Positions 38,028 to 47,003 of a stretch of 64,000 nucleotides of DNA are shown here, one piece after another. The translations under genes were made by a program, and so were the position numbers. The DNA is from an uncultured Caenibius sp. Its GTDB lineage: Bacteria; Pseudomonadota; Alphaproteobacteria; Sphingomonadales; Sphingomonadaceae. Each line of letters opens with the position of its first letter. Positions within the stretch are counted from its first letter, which is position 1. The stretch is taken from assembly GCA_964466155.1 (NCBI GenBank), contig CAYXMY010000001.1, forward strand, positions 427-64,426, read 5' to 3'. Below the pieces are notes generated by a model. The model saw nothing but the letters and a program-made list of their open reading frames with translations, did not search any database and was not told where the DNA came from.

Positions 38028-38918
38028 ATGACAATGGCAACTGAAGCACAAGTTGGTGAAGGCGAACGCGCCTATTTCAACGGTCGGATTCGCAAGATCG
38101 AAACGGACAGTTCGGTTCTGATCAGTTCGTCCAAATACCTCAACAACGCTGAACTGCGGGGGTTGATCGCGCAGGAAATGCTCCGCCGCAACGGGGCCGA
38201 CCTGCCGAACACCGCCTATATCCCCGAAGTGGTGCAGATCCTTCAGAATCTGGAAGACATGCCCCGCATCATGCAGCTGTTCGAGGAAGAAAAGGCCCGT
38301 CTGCCGCGCTTCCGCGAATGGCTCGAAGAGCGCAACCTCGCGAACTTCACGATCGAGCAGGTGAAGGATTGCAAGCCCGGCACGCTGGGCGCCATGCTTC
38401 ACACCTTCATGGTCGAAAGCGGATACGAACTGGATATCTTCTATCGTGAGGTTCAGGTGGTGAACGATTTCACCTTCTACCTGCGGCAAACCGCGCTGAC
38501 GCACGATATCGAGCACATGATTTCAGGCTTCGGCCCGAACCATGGCGGTGAAGTCGCGCTGCTCAACGCCAATCTCCACGCACGCGTGCGCTACTTCCAT
38601 CCGGAACTGGCCGCGTTCTTCAATCGCGTGCAGATCTATCTCAAGGCGAAGACGATCATGAAGGACGGGCTTCACTACCCCGAAGCCATGGCGCTGAACC
38701 TCGAAGCGGAATTCCTCGGCGCGGAACAGGGCCGCAACTGGAAATACCCGCTGATGATCGTCGACTGGCGCAAGTATGCCGACTGGCAGGTCGAAGACAT
38801 CCGCCGGGAACTCGGCATTACGCCCGTCCTGCCGGATGGCGTATGGGATGATACCAACCGCCTCTGCGACGAAGGCGATCCGAGCTATACCGAACAGAAC
38901 CTGATGGCGGCCGAATAA
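38028..38918 (+). CDS. Coq4-family protein (function unknown in this context)
   Basis: THDIEHMISGFGPNHGGE matches the Coq4 HDxxH-x11-E motif. Starts 1 nt after the amidohydrolase stop. Paralogue of 47225..48076. Confidence 0.75.
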   Translation: MTMATEAQVGEGERAYFNGRIRKIETDSSVLISSSKYLNNAELRGLIAQEMLRRNGADLPNTAYIPEVVQILQNLEDMPRIMQLFEEEKARLPRFREWLEERNLANFTIEQVKDCKPGTLGAMLHTFMVESGYELDIFYREVQVVNDFTFYLRQTALTHDIEHMISGFGPNHGGEVALLNANLHARVRYFHPELAAFFNRVQIYLKAKTIMKDGLHYPEAMALNLEAEFLGAEQGRNWKYPLMIVDWRKYADWQVEDIRRELGITPVLPDGVWDDTNRLCDEGDPSYTEQNLMAAE

Positions 38919-38937
38919 ACCTGCCGTCATGATCGTG

Positions 38938-38975
38938 AAAAGGGGTGGGCACGCATCGCCTGCCCCTTTTTCGTA
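38938..38975 (+). terminator. Rho-independent terminator
   Basis: aaaaggggtgggc...gcctgcccctttt stem followed by a T-run. Confidence 0.55.
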
Positions 38976-39137
38976 TCTCCTCCCCTGCTCCACCGCGGCG
39001 GACCGCAGGCTGCCGCCCGCGAACTTTTTGGGGATATTGCGCTTTTTTCGCTATTCGCGAACACAGGTGCGCCGTAGTCTGACAGCGGATAGCATGGGGC
39101 GCACAATGCCAATCGACCCCCGGGCGCGCGAAAAGGC

Positions 39138-39605
39138 ATGACACAGACTTTCAACTTCGACACGACCGACGAAGCCATCGTGGACTTGCTGCGCCAGAAC
39201 GGGCGCGCCACCAATCAGCAGATTGCCGAAACGTTGGGGCTGACGGCCACAACCGTATCTTCACGCATCAAGCGCATGGAAGATGCGAACCAGTTGCGCG
39301 TGGTCGCCGTGTCGGATTTTTCCGCCCACGGTTTCAATTTCCTGATGGAAGTCGCGGTGGAGGTGGATGGCCGCCCGGCATCCGAAGTGGGGAAGGAACT
39401 GGCCGCTTTCCCCGAAGTGTTCGCGGTGCATCTCGTCACCGGCCGTTACGATCTCGATATGCTGGTCGCGCTCCGCGATTTTGACGACCTTTCGCATCTC
39501 CTGCTCGACAAGTTTTCCAAGATTCGCGGTATCCGTTCGATGGCCCCGGCCATCGTGGTCGATATCATCAAGTACCAGTTCGATATCGCCCCGATCGAGG
39601 AATGA
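39138..39605 (+). CDS. Lrp/AsnC family transcriptional regulator
   Basis: 155 aa. HTH (IVDLLRQNGRATNQQIAETLGLTATTVSSRIKRM) plus a RAM/ACT-like C-terminus. Confidence 0.9.
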   Translation: MTQTFNFDTTDEAIVDLLRQNGRATNQQIAETLGLTATTVSSRIKRMEDANQLRVVAVSDFSAHGFNFLMEVAVEVDGRPASEVGKELAAFPEVFAVHLVTGRYDLDMLVALRDFDDLSHLLLDKFSKIRGIRSMAPAIVVDIIKYQFDIAPIEE

Positions 39606-40105
39606 ACCGGGCCATGAACGGATACCAGCTTGACGATCTGGACCGCCAGTTGATTACCCAGCTCAGCCGCGATGCGCGGGTTTCCAACCGCAAGATCGCG
39701 GCCGAACTGGGGGTCACCGAAGGCACCGTGCGCGGCCGGATTAAACGGCTGCAACAGGATGGGCTGATCACGTTCACCGCTGTGACCGGCCTACAGTTGG
39801 AAGCGAAATCGCGGCTGGCCTTCATCACCGTCCAGGCCAATGCCAACGATGTGCGCGGCATTGCGCGGAAGATTTCGGAAATGCCGATGATCAACGGCGT
39901 GATGATCACCATGGGCCAGTTCAATATTCTGGCCATTTGCCTGTTCGACGATCTGGACCGGCTGGTGGATATCGCTTCGGACAAGATCCTGGCGCTACCC
40001 GGCGTGCATCACGTCGAAACGTCGATTGCGGTAAAAACCTTCAAATACAACACGCGCGTCGCCCGCATTACCGAGGACAAACCCGCGCACGACCGGGCAG
40101 CCTGA
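39602..40105 (+). CDS. Lrp/AsnC family transcriptional regulator
   Basis: 167 aa. HTH (LITQLSRDARVSNRKIAAELGVTEGTVRGRIKRL). ATGA overlap with the preceding Lrp gene. Confidence 0.9.
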   Translation: MNRAMNGYQLDDLDRQLITQLSRDARVSNRKIAAELGVTEGTVRGRIKRLQQDGLITFTAVTGLQLEAKSRLAFITVQANANDVRGIARKISEMPMINGVMITMGQFNILAICLFDDLDRLVDIASDKILALPGVHHVETSIAVKTFKYNTRVARITEDKPAHDRAA

Positions 40106-40111
40106 CCTTGC

Positions 40112-40140
40112 GGGGAAGGGGCGAAATCCCCCCTTCCCCC
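40112..40140. terminator. Hairpin between convergent genes
   Basis: ggggaagggg (40112-40121) pairs with ccccttcccc (40130-39), a perfect 10-bp stem. Confidence 0.5.
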
Positions 40141-40149
40141 TATCAGGCA

Positions 40150-40905
40150 TCAATAAACGGTTGTCCCGCCATCGACGACGAGCGGCTGCCCCGTTACGAA
40201 ACTCGCCGCATCGGAACAGAGCCACAGCACGGCTGCCGCAATCTCTTCCGGCACGCCCATGCGGCCCATCGGCGTCATCTGTTCGATCTTTTCGCGGATG
40301 GCGGGATTGGCGGCGGCCTGCGCGGTCATCGCCGTGTCGATCACTCCAGGGCATACCGCATTGACGCGGATTCCCTGCCGCGCCCAGCGCAGCGCGCCGT
40401 GGCGGGTCAAACCGATCACGCCGTGCTTCGATGCCGTATAGGCCGGCTGCGCACCGTTGCCGACCAGCCCGTTGATCGATGCGGTGTTCACAATCGCACC
40501 GCCCCCGTGCTGCAGCATGATCTCCGCTTCTTCGCGCATGCACAGCATCACGCCGGTCAGATTGATGTCGATGGCACGCGCCCAGACGGCATCGTCATAT
40601 TCGTTGGCCGCGACATTGTTGATGCCAGCGTTGTTGAATGCGTAGTCCAGCCGCCCGAAATGCTGCAGCGCCGCCGCGACCATCGCCTTGACCTGCGCCG
40701 GGTCGCTGACATCGCAATGCTGGAACACGGCCTTGCCGCCCTGCGCCGCGATCTGTGCCACGGTTTCGGCCCCGGCCTCGTCCTGCACATCGCATACGAG
40801 TACTGCGGCCCCCGAAGCGGCAAAGCCCAGCGCGGTGGCGCGGCCAATTCCGCCCCCGGCACCCGTTACCAGAGCAACCTTGCCGTCCATTCCGTAATTG
40901 ATCAT
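40150..40905 (-). CDS. Short-chain dehydrogenase/reductase (SDR)
   Basis: Start set at the ATG at 40905, which has an AAGGAG ribosome-binding site. VTGAGGGIG, NNAG and YTASK motifs. Confidence 0.9.
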   Translation of the reverse strand: MINYGMDGKVALVTGAGGGIGRATALGFAASGAAVLVCDVQDEAGAETVAQIAAQGGKAVFQHCDVSDPAQVKAMVAAALQHFGRLDYAFNNAGINNVAANEYDDAVWARAIDINLTGVMLCMREEAEIMLQHGGGAIVNTASINGLVGNGAQPAYTASKHGVIGLTRHGALRWARQGIRVNAVCPGVIDTAMTAQAAANPAIREKIEQMTPMGRMGVPEEIAAAVLWLCSDAASFVTGQPLVVDGGTTVY

Positions 40906-40987
40906 GCCCGCTCCTTGCATTGCGACACCAAGTTCTTAATCTGAGCCACGAACCGCGGTCAATGCCGCACAAACGCTGGGAACATGC

Positions 40988-42058
40988 ATGCATGATCTGA
41001 TTTTTACGCCAACCGAGTTTGGCGCGTTGAAACTTGCCAACCGGGTGGTCATGTCACCCATGACACGCAGCCGCGCGGGGGCAGGCGATGCCCCCACGGC
41101 GATGAATACGGAATATTACCGTCAACGCGCCTCGGCGGGCCTGATCGTCACCGAAGGCGTGTTTCCCTGCCCCGAGGGGAAAGGATACTGGCGCACACCC
41201 GGCATCCATTCGCAGCAGCAGATCGACGGGTGGGCCAAAGTGGCCGAAGCCGTTCACGCAGAGGGCGGGTTGATCTCCATGCAACTCATGCATTGCGGCC
41301 GGGCCGTGGTTTCCGCCAATCGCGGTTATCAGGCCGACGTGGTCGCCCCCAGCGCCCTGCTCTGCCCCGATCCGATCCCCGGCCCCGATGGCGTGCCCGT
41401 CCCGGCCGATATGCCCCGTGCATTGACTGCGGACGAACTGCCGCTGGTGGCGCAGCAACACGCGCAAGCCGCCCGCAACGCACGGGCAGCCGGAATCGAT
41501 GCGGTGGAACTGCATTGTTCCAGCGGCTACCTGATCAACAGCTTTCTCAATCCCGCCAGCAACAGGCGGGAGGATGAATTCGGCGGCAGCCCCGAAAACC
41601 GCGCCCGTTTCCCGATCATGGTGGTGAAGGCCATGGCCGACGCCATCGGCGCGGACCGGGTGGGTGTGCGCATTTCGCCGGGCAACCCGTATAACGGGAT
41701 GGACCCCTCGAGTCCTGGCCCGGTGTTTGCCGCCCTGCTCGACGGGATTGCCGATCTGGGGCTGTCCTATCTGCACGTGCTCGACACGCATATGCGCGAT
41801 TTCGATACGATTGCATTCGTGCGCCAGCATTGGTCCGGGCCGGTTGCGGTCAACAACATGCTGACGCTCGACAAGGCTAGGGACCTTCTCGCAAGCGGGC
41901 AGGTCGAAGGCGTTTCCTTCGGCCGCGATTTCATTGCCAACCCCGATCTCGTCACCCGCTTCAAGGCCGGTGCGCCATTGGCCGAAGCGCAGCGAGACTA
42001 CTTCTACGTCGGGGAAGAGAAAGGGTACACTGATTACCCTTTCCATGCCGCAACCTGA
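40988..42058 (+). CDS. Old Yellow Enzyme family alkene reductase (NemA/NADH:flavin oxidoreductase-like)
   Basis: LANRVVMSPMTRSRA, QLMHCGR and TIM-barrel OYE layout. 356 aa. Confidence 0.9.
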   Translation: MHDLIFTPTEFGALKLANRVVMSPMTRSRAGAGDAPTAMNTEYYRQRASAGLIVTEGVFPCPEGKGYWRTPGIHSQQQIDGWAKVAEAVHAEGGLISMQLMHCGRAVVSANRGYQADVVAPSALLCPDPIPGPDGVPVPADMPRALTADELPLVAQQHAQAARNARAAGIDAVELHCSSGYLINSFLNPASNRREDEFGGSPENRARFPIMVVKAMADAIGADRVGVRISPGNPYNGMDPSSPGPVFAALLDGIADLGLSYLHVLDTHMRDFDTIAFVRQHWSGPVAVNNMLTLDKARDLLASGQVEGVSFGRDFIANPDLVTRFKAGAPLAEAQRDYFYVGEEKGYTDYPFHAAT

Positions 42059-42071
42059 TTCACCGGTGTAA

Positions 42072-42105
42072 ATGAGGCGGAGCCAGCCCAGCCGCCCCGC
42101 CTCAT
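42072..42105. terminator. Hairpin between convergent genes
   Basis: atgaggcgg (42072-42080) pairs with ccgcctcat (42097-42105). Confidence 0.45.
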
Positions 42106-42186
42106 GCCAACCGGGAGTGGCGGCGGATGACCGGGCAAGTTCGGTCATCCGCCTTCCGGCCGGATTGAAACCTATTCAAACGCGGC

Positions 42187-43275
42187 TCAGGCAGCCACCT
42201 TCTCGTGCACGCCGGGTGGCGATTTCATCGTGGTGTGCATCCCATCCACCCGCTTGTGGAATTCCGGCGCCCGTTCGCGCGGGTTGTAGAACTGCTTGTA
42301 CCAGATGCGTTCCTTGTGGAACGGGCCGTCATCGGGGATCTGCAGGATGTTGATCGCAGGTTCCTTGTACTTCCACAGTTCGAAATCCTGCGCGAAGGCG
42401 GCCAGCCCCGCTTCGTGATAAGCGCGGGCAATCGCCGCTTCCTCACGCGTCGGCTCGTGATTTTCGGCCGTCTGCGCCATCACCGCGAACCACACGCGCA
42501 CTTCGCCATCTTCCACCGGCGTGTTGCAGATCATCATCAGCGAAGGGTGTTTGCCTTCCATGCGCGACAGCAGGATGCCCGGCCCGGTGTACCAGGTGTC
42601 GGTTTCCAGCAATGCATCGCCATCCACCAGCGTGCGATGGCCCGAACCGAAGCGCTGGCGCATGATGTGCCCAGCGAATTCGTTCTCGAAATAGGCATGG
42701 CCCAGGCTGCCGTGCACGGGCGTGAAATGCGCAAAATCGGTCATGTTATCGACGATTTCCTGCGGGTGGATGGGCAGCGTTCCCAGATGATCCACCTGCC
42801 AGCGGACCCAGCCCTGTTCGGTCCGGTCGTATTCGGCGAACGCGGGCAGATCGAAATCGGGGGCGCCGCCTTCCATGTCATGCCACATCCAGATGCAGCC
42901 CGCCCGTTCGACCACCTTGTGCGATTTGACGCAGGCCGCCTTGGGAATGCCGTGGGTGGAATAAGGGATATCGTCGCACTGCCCCTCAGGCGTGAAGCGC
43001 CAGCCGTGCGCCGGGCAGCGGATCGAATCCCCTTCGATCCGCGTTCCATCCTTCACCACGTAAGAGGTGGTGTTGCGCGCGATGTTGACTTTCATGTGCG
43101 GGCAATAGGCATCGAGCAGCACCACCCGCCCGCTCTTGCCGCGATAGAGCGCCATTTCCTTGCCGAAGAAGCGCACCGGTTGCGGCTCCTGCGTCACTTC
43201 ATCGGCAATCGCGATCATGAACCACCCACGGGGAAATGCCAGTTCGCCCAGGCCATATTCAGCAGTCGTCGCCAT
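42187..43275 (-). CDS. Rieske [2Fe-2S] non-heme-iron oxygenase, KshA-like (3-ketosteroid 9-alpha-hydroxylase oxygenase-type)
   Basis: CPH...CPAH Rieske ligands, mononuclear iron motif DNMTDFAHFTPVH. 362 aa, close to KshA size. Confidence 0.85.
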   Translation of the reverse strand: MATTAEYGLGELAFPRGWFMIAIADEVTQEPQPVRFFGKEMALYRGKSGRVVLLDAYCPHMKVNIARNTTSYVVKDGTRIEGDSIRCPAHGWRFTPEGQCDDIPYSTHGIPKAACVKSHKVVERAGCIWMWHDMEGGAPDFDLPAFAEYDRTEQGWVRWQVDHLGTLPIHPQEIVDNMTDFAHFTPVHGSLGHAYFENEFAGHIMRQRFGSGHRTLVDGDALLETDTWYTGPGILLSRMEGKHPSLMMICNTPVEDGEVRVWFAVMAQTAENHEPTREEAAIARAYHEAGLAAFAQDFELWKYKEPAINILQIPDDGPFHKERIWYKQFYNPRERAPEFHKRVDGMHTTMKSPPGVHEKVAA

Positions 43276-43298
43276 AGTACCTCTCCTTGAATGGCGGA

Positions 43299-44492
43299 TC
43301 AGATGAAACTGTCGGTGTTGGGGCCGCCCAGCATCACACCGCCGACATTGCGGCCCACGGTGCTGGGATTGTTGGCCACATGCGTGCGCCCGGCATGGAT
43401 ATCGCAGAACGCCCGCGCGATCGGATTGCCGCGATAGATCGCTTCCGCGCCGCTCAGGAAGAACAGGCGGCTGATCAGCGCGCAGCAGCGGCTGGAAATC
43501 TGCGCCGACTGGAAGCGGAAGCGCAGCCGGGTTTCAAGATCGGCGGATTCGCCCGCCCGCGCATGTTCGTTCAGCACACCGAAATTGCGGAACAGGATGG
43601 TCTTCATCTCGTCAATCGCCGACTGGGTTTCAGCGATCAGCATCTGCACATCGGGATCGCCGGTGGCGCTGGCGAAGCTGTTGTTGCTCTTGCGCCGCGC
43701 ACCCGTTTCCAGAAACACGTCGAGCGCCCCCTGCAACGCCCCGATGGACGAAGACGACACGGCGCGCACGAACACCTGGCCGAATGGCAGCTTGTAAAGC
43801 GGCGCGGGATTGGCCTTGGCCCCTGGGCTCGTCAGCGCGAAACCGTCCTTCGAACGGTGCGTGCGATAAGCGGGGACCAACGCATCGGACACCGTCACAT
43901 CCTGGCTGCCCGTGCCGCCAAGACCGATGGTGTTCCAGATCGACAGGACCTGGAAATCCGCCCGCGGGACGAGGAAGGTCAGGAAATCGGGCTGGCCGGT
44001 TTCCGGATCGGGCACCAGCCCGCCCAGAAACGCCCATTCGCAGTGATCGACGCCGCTGGAAAAGCCCCAGCGCCCGCTGATCCGGTATCCGCCTTCGACC
44101 GGGGTCACTTCCGCGCGCGGCATGTAAGAGGAGGAGATCAGCGTCGTCGGGTCTTCGCCCCAGACATCTTCCTGCGCTTGTGGATCGAACAGCGCCAGTT
44201 GCCAGTTATGGACGGCCACCACGCCGAGCACCCATGCCGAAGACATGCAGCCTTCGGCAAGCTTCATCTGGACTTCGTAGAAAACCTCCGGGTCCATTTC
44301 GTAGCCGCCGTAACGCTTGGGCTGGAGGATTTTGAAGAAATCGGCCGCCTGGAAATCGGCGATGGTCGCATCCGGCACCTTGTTTTCCGCTTCGCACTGA
44401 TCGGCGCGGGCGCGCAAGGTGGGGACCAGCGCGGCGGCGCGGGCAACCAGATCGGCCGGGCTGGGCATGTCAATCTTCGGGGCAAGGCTCAT
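43299..44492 (-). CDS. Two-component flavin-dependent monooxygenase, oxygenase subunit (ACAD fold, HsaA-like)
   Basis: 397 aa. N-terminal LVARAAALVPTLRARADQCEAENKVP and C-terminal ARAFCDIHAGRTHVANNP are typical of the HsaA / group D hydroxylase family. Confidence 0.8.
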   Translation of the reverse strand: MSLAPKIDMPSPADLVARAAALVPTLRARADQCEAENKVPDATIADFQAADFFKILQPKRYGGYEMDPEVFYEVQMKLAEGCMSSAWVLGVVAVHNWQLALFDPQAQEDVWGEDPTTLISSSYMPRAEVTPVEGGYRISGRWGFSSGVDHCEWAFLGGLVPDPETGQPDFLTFLVPRADFQVLSIWNTIGLGGTGSQDVTVSDALVPAYRTHRSKDGFALTSPGAKANPAPLYKLPFGQVFVRAVSSSSIGALQGALDVFLETGARRKSNNSFASATGDPDVQMLIAETQSAIDEMKTILFRNFGVLNEHARAGESADLETRLRFRFQSAQISSRCCALISRLFFLSGAEAIYRGNPIARAFCDIHAGRTHVANNPSTVGRNVGGVMLGGPNTDSFI

Positions 44493-44510
44493 GGGCCGTC
44501 TCCTTTTCGT

Positions 44511-45434
44511 TCAGGCCGCGCTGGCCATGGGCTGTTGTTGTTCATCGGCGCCGAAGCCGATGCTGAAATCGTGGCCCCACAGGCTGACCGAAGTGCTTTC
44601 GAACACGGTGTGGCGATCCCAATCGACAGTCCGCCCGCCGAACCCGTATTCCAGCGCGAAACCGCCCGGCGTCGCCATGTAGAAACTGGTCATGCGGTCG
44701 TTGGTGTGCTTGCCCAGCGTCGCCATCATCCGGGTGCCGGCGGCGCGGACGCGGTCCATTGCATGGCCGACTTCGTCCATCGTCGGCACTTCGACCATCA
44801 GATGGACACATCCCGCGGGCACTTCCCCTTGGAACAGGGCAAGCGAATGGTGCCGCGCGTTGCTGCAATGCATGAATTCGATGCGCTGCTCCGGCCCTTC
44901 CACGCCTTGCGGGCGATGGATCATGAAATCGGCCATGCCGAAGCCCAGCACATCGATCATAAAGGCGCGCGTTTCTGCGAAGTTCGGCGCGGGCAGCACG
45001 ACATGGCCATAGCCCATGTCCCCGGTCACGAAACGGGGCACGCCCGCAGGCGACACGAAGCGATCAAAATGCGAGGTATAGCCCAGCACCAGTTCGTGGC
45101 GGTTGCCCGAAGGATCGAGGAACCACACCATATCGACCACGTGGCGCAGGGCGCGCTCTTCAGCCGTCGCAGAGTGGCACACCACGCCTTTCCGCTTCAG
45201 TTCGGCCAGCGCGGCGGCAAATTGCGCTTCGGTCCGGATTTCCCAGCCGCTGGCGAAGTAACGGTCCTGCCCATCCTGCCGGATGAACAGCCGCCCCGCC
45301 CGCTCGTCCATGCGGAGCGAGAGACCGCCGGGCGCAGAGTGCGCGGAAAAGCCGGCCACATCCTCGCCGAAGCGTTCCCACGCGGTGGGATCGGCGGCGT
45401 TGATGACGCTGTAAGCCAGTGCCGCAATTTCCAT
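44511..45434 (-). CDS. Type I extradiol ring-cleavage dioxygenase (HsaC/BphC-like)
   Basis: 307 aa, two-domain VOC. Contains GYGHVVL, RHHSLAL and HLMVEV motifs. Confidence 0.85.
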   Translation of the reverse strand: MEIAALAYSVINAADPTAWERFGEDVAGFSAHSAPGGLSLRMDERAGRLFIRQDGQDRYFASGWEIRTEAQFAAALAELKRKGVVCHSATAEERALRHVVDMVWFLDPSGNRHELVLGYTSHFDRFVSPAGVPRFVTGDMGYGHVVLPAPNFAETRAFMIDVLGFGMADFMIHRPQGVEGPEQRIEFMHCSNARHHSLALFQGEVPAGCVHLMVEVPTMDEVGHAMDRVRAAGTRMMATLGKHTNDRMTSFYMATPGGFALEYGFGGRTVDWDRHTVFESTSVSLWGHDFSIGFGADEQQQPMASAA

Positions 45435-45537
45435 GACGCAACCTTCCTTGCGAAACCATGGAAGGCATCATGACCTGCGAGCGGCAGCGTGAAATTGACT
45501 TATATCAAACTGCTCCGGGGATCGAGCAACGAATACG

Positions 45538-45603
45538 CCATATTGCATCAATAAAAATCTGGATATTGCGTATAATGTCAGCATTATTTCTACGCAAATA
45601 TCC
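45538..45603. promoter_or_regulatory. AT-rich control region with an imperfect inverted repeat (candidate operator)
   Basis: ggatattgcgta (45561-45572) and tacgcaaatatcc (45591-45603) form an inverted repeat with a 1-nt indel. A related half-site, ccatattgcat, is at 45538. The region lies upstream of the extradiol dioxygenase / HsaA-like / KshA-like operon. Confidence 0.4.
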
Positions 45604-45623
45604 TTCCTTGGCGCTAACCAGCG

Positions 45624-46979
45624 CTACAAGGCGGCCGCAAATCCACGCAGGAAGATCGTAGCCGCGCGCCGTGCCGCGTCAGCCATTTCGACGGGGCCGA
45701 GCGCCCTGCCCGCCGCGATTACCCGGGTTCCCTTGAAAGCCAACACCAGCGCCTGACGCGCATACCATGGCCGGTCGTGCACTCGCACTTTGCCCGCATC
45801 CTCCAGGCTGTCGAGCCATGCCGTCAGCGGGGCGAGCCACGGATTGCGCAGGATTGCATAGACATCGCGCGCCAGTTCGGAATCGCGCCGCATTTCGGCG
45901 ATGACCGTGCGATGCAACAGGATCGAATCGGCGCTGCCAAGCACCTGCAGGCTCGCCTGAAGGAATTGCGCCAGGGCTTCCTCCGCCGCGTCCCCCGTTG
46001 GCAGCGGCGGTGGCACGGCATCGGCCAACCGGTAAGCCATTGCCCGCATAGCCGCACCGAAAAGCCCCGCCTTGTTGCCGAAATGGCGATAGAGCGTGCC
46101 GCGCCCGACGGCAGCCTCCGCCCCGATCAGATCGAGACTGGCGCCCTGATAGCCGTTTTCGAGAAAATGCGTGGCCGCCACGCCGAGCAGCTTCGCGATA
46201 TGCGCGGGCGGCTCGTCTCCGGCAGGCGGGGCGGCGGGCACGGGAAAACACTCCCCCCCTCTATCGTCCATGGCAAGGATGCCATGCCCAAACAGTTTCG
46301 CCACCCGCCGCGCGGCAACATCGCGCTGCGCCGGGGGCGGGCTGGGAAAGCCCATCAGCAAAGCCGGGCTTTCAGACGACAGCGATCCGAACAGAGTCGC
46401 AAAATCGAGCGGTACATGGGCGCTCTCGCCATGCGCTTCGGCGATCTTCTGCAGCAGAGCGCGGATCGGCTCCAGCCTGTCCGACTGCGCATCGTGCATG
46501 CTTTCCGCGAAATCGGGCATCAGCCGCGCGATGCTGATCGTAACCCATGCCGCACTGAGGAAACCGCCATCGACCGCCGCATCGAGAATGGCGCGGGAAA
46601 AGAACGCCAGCCCATCGTCCGCCGCGCGGGCGTCCACCGGCTGCGCATTCACCCGTGCGGTGAATTCAGTGCCCAGTTCTTCGGCAGCGGCGCGGAACAG
46701 CGCCTCCTTGTCCGGGAAATAGCGATAGATCGTTTCCTTGCTGACGCCTGATGCACGCGCAATCGCATCGATGCTCACCGCATCGAAACCGCCCGCGACA
46801 AATTCGGCCCGGGCCACGGCAAGCAAATGGCGCACGCGGGCCGATTGCTGCGGGGGCCGTGTGGCGCGGGATTCGGGATCTTCCAAAGCGATGGTCGCCT
46901 CCATCACACGGGCTATAGCAGACCCGCACCCGGTTGCGACCCGCCCGCACCGCTCCATCAACAGCCTATCCATAGCCAA
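45624..46979 (-). CDS. Tandem (duplicated) TetR-family regulator with two HTH-plus-ligand modules in one chain
   Basis: Two TetR_N-type HTH segments: FDAVSIDAIARASGVSKETIYRYFPDKEALF near residue 65 and YQGASLDLIGAEAAVGRGTLYRHFGNKAGLF near residue 285. An alternative start is the ATG at 46904. Confidence 0.8.
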   Translation of the reverse strand: MAMDRLLMERCGRVATGCGSAIARVMEATIALEDPESRATRPPQQSARVRHLLAVARAEFVAGGFDAVSIDAIARASGVSKETIYRYFPDKEALFRAAAEELGTEFTARVNAQPVDARAADDGLAFFSRAILDAAVDGGFLSAAWVTISIARLMPDFAESMHDAQSDRLEPIRALLQKIAEAHGESAHVPLDFATLFGSLSSESPALLMGFPSPPPAQRDVAARRVAKLFGHGILAMDDRGGECFPVPAAPPAGDEPPAHIAKLLGVAATHFLENGYQGASLDLIGAEAAVGRGTLYRHFGNKAGLFGAAMRAMAYRLADAVPPPLPTGDAAEEALAQFLQASLQVLGSADSILLHRTVIAEMRRDSELARDVYAILRNPWLAPLTAWLDSLEDAGKVRVHDRPWYARQALVLAFKGTRVIAAGRALGPVEMADAARRAATIFLRGFAAAL

Positions 46980-47003
46980 GCGCGCCGCAGATGTCTTGAC
47001 AAA

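Noticed and set aside
35994-38516. 840-aa minus-strand ORF antisense to the amidohydrolase and Coq4-like genes. Similar long antisense ORFs lie at 8122..9780, 10508..12052, 17947..19272, 20309..21727, 22370..24226, 43287..45473 and 47851..49800.
   Set aside because: All lie opposite ORFs with strong family motifs, have low-complexity Arg/Gly/Ala-rich translations, and lack ribosome-binding sites. I treat them as non-coding frames.
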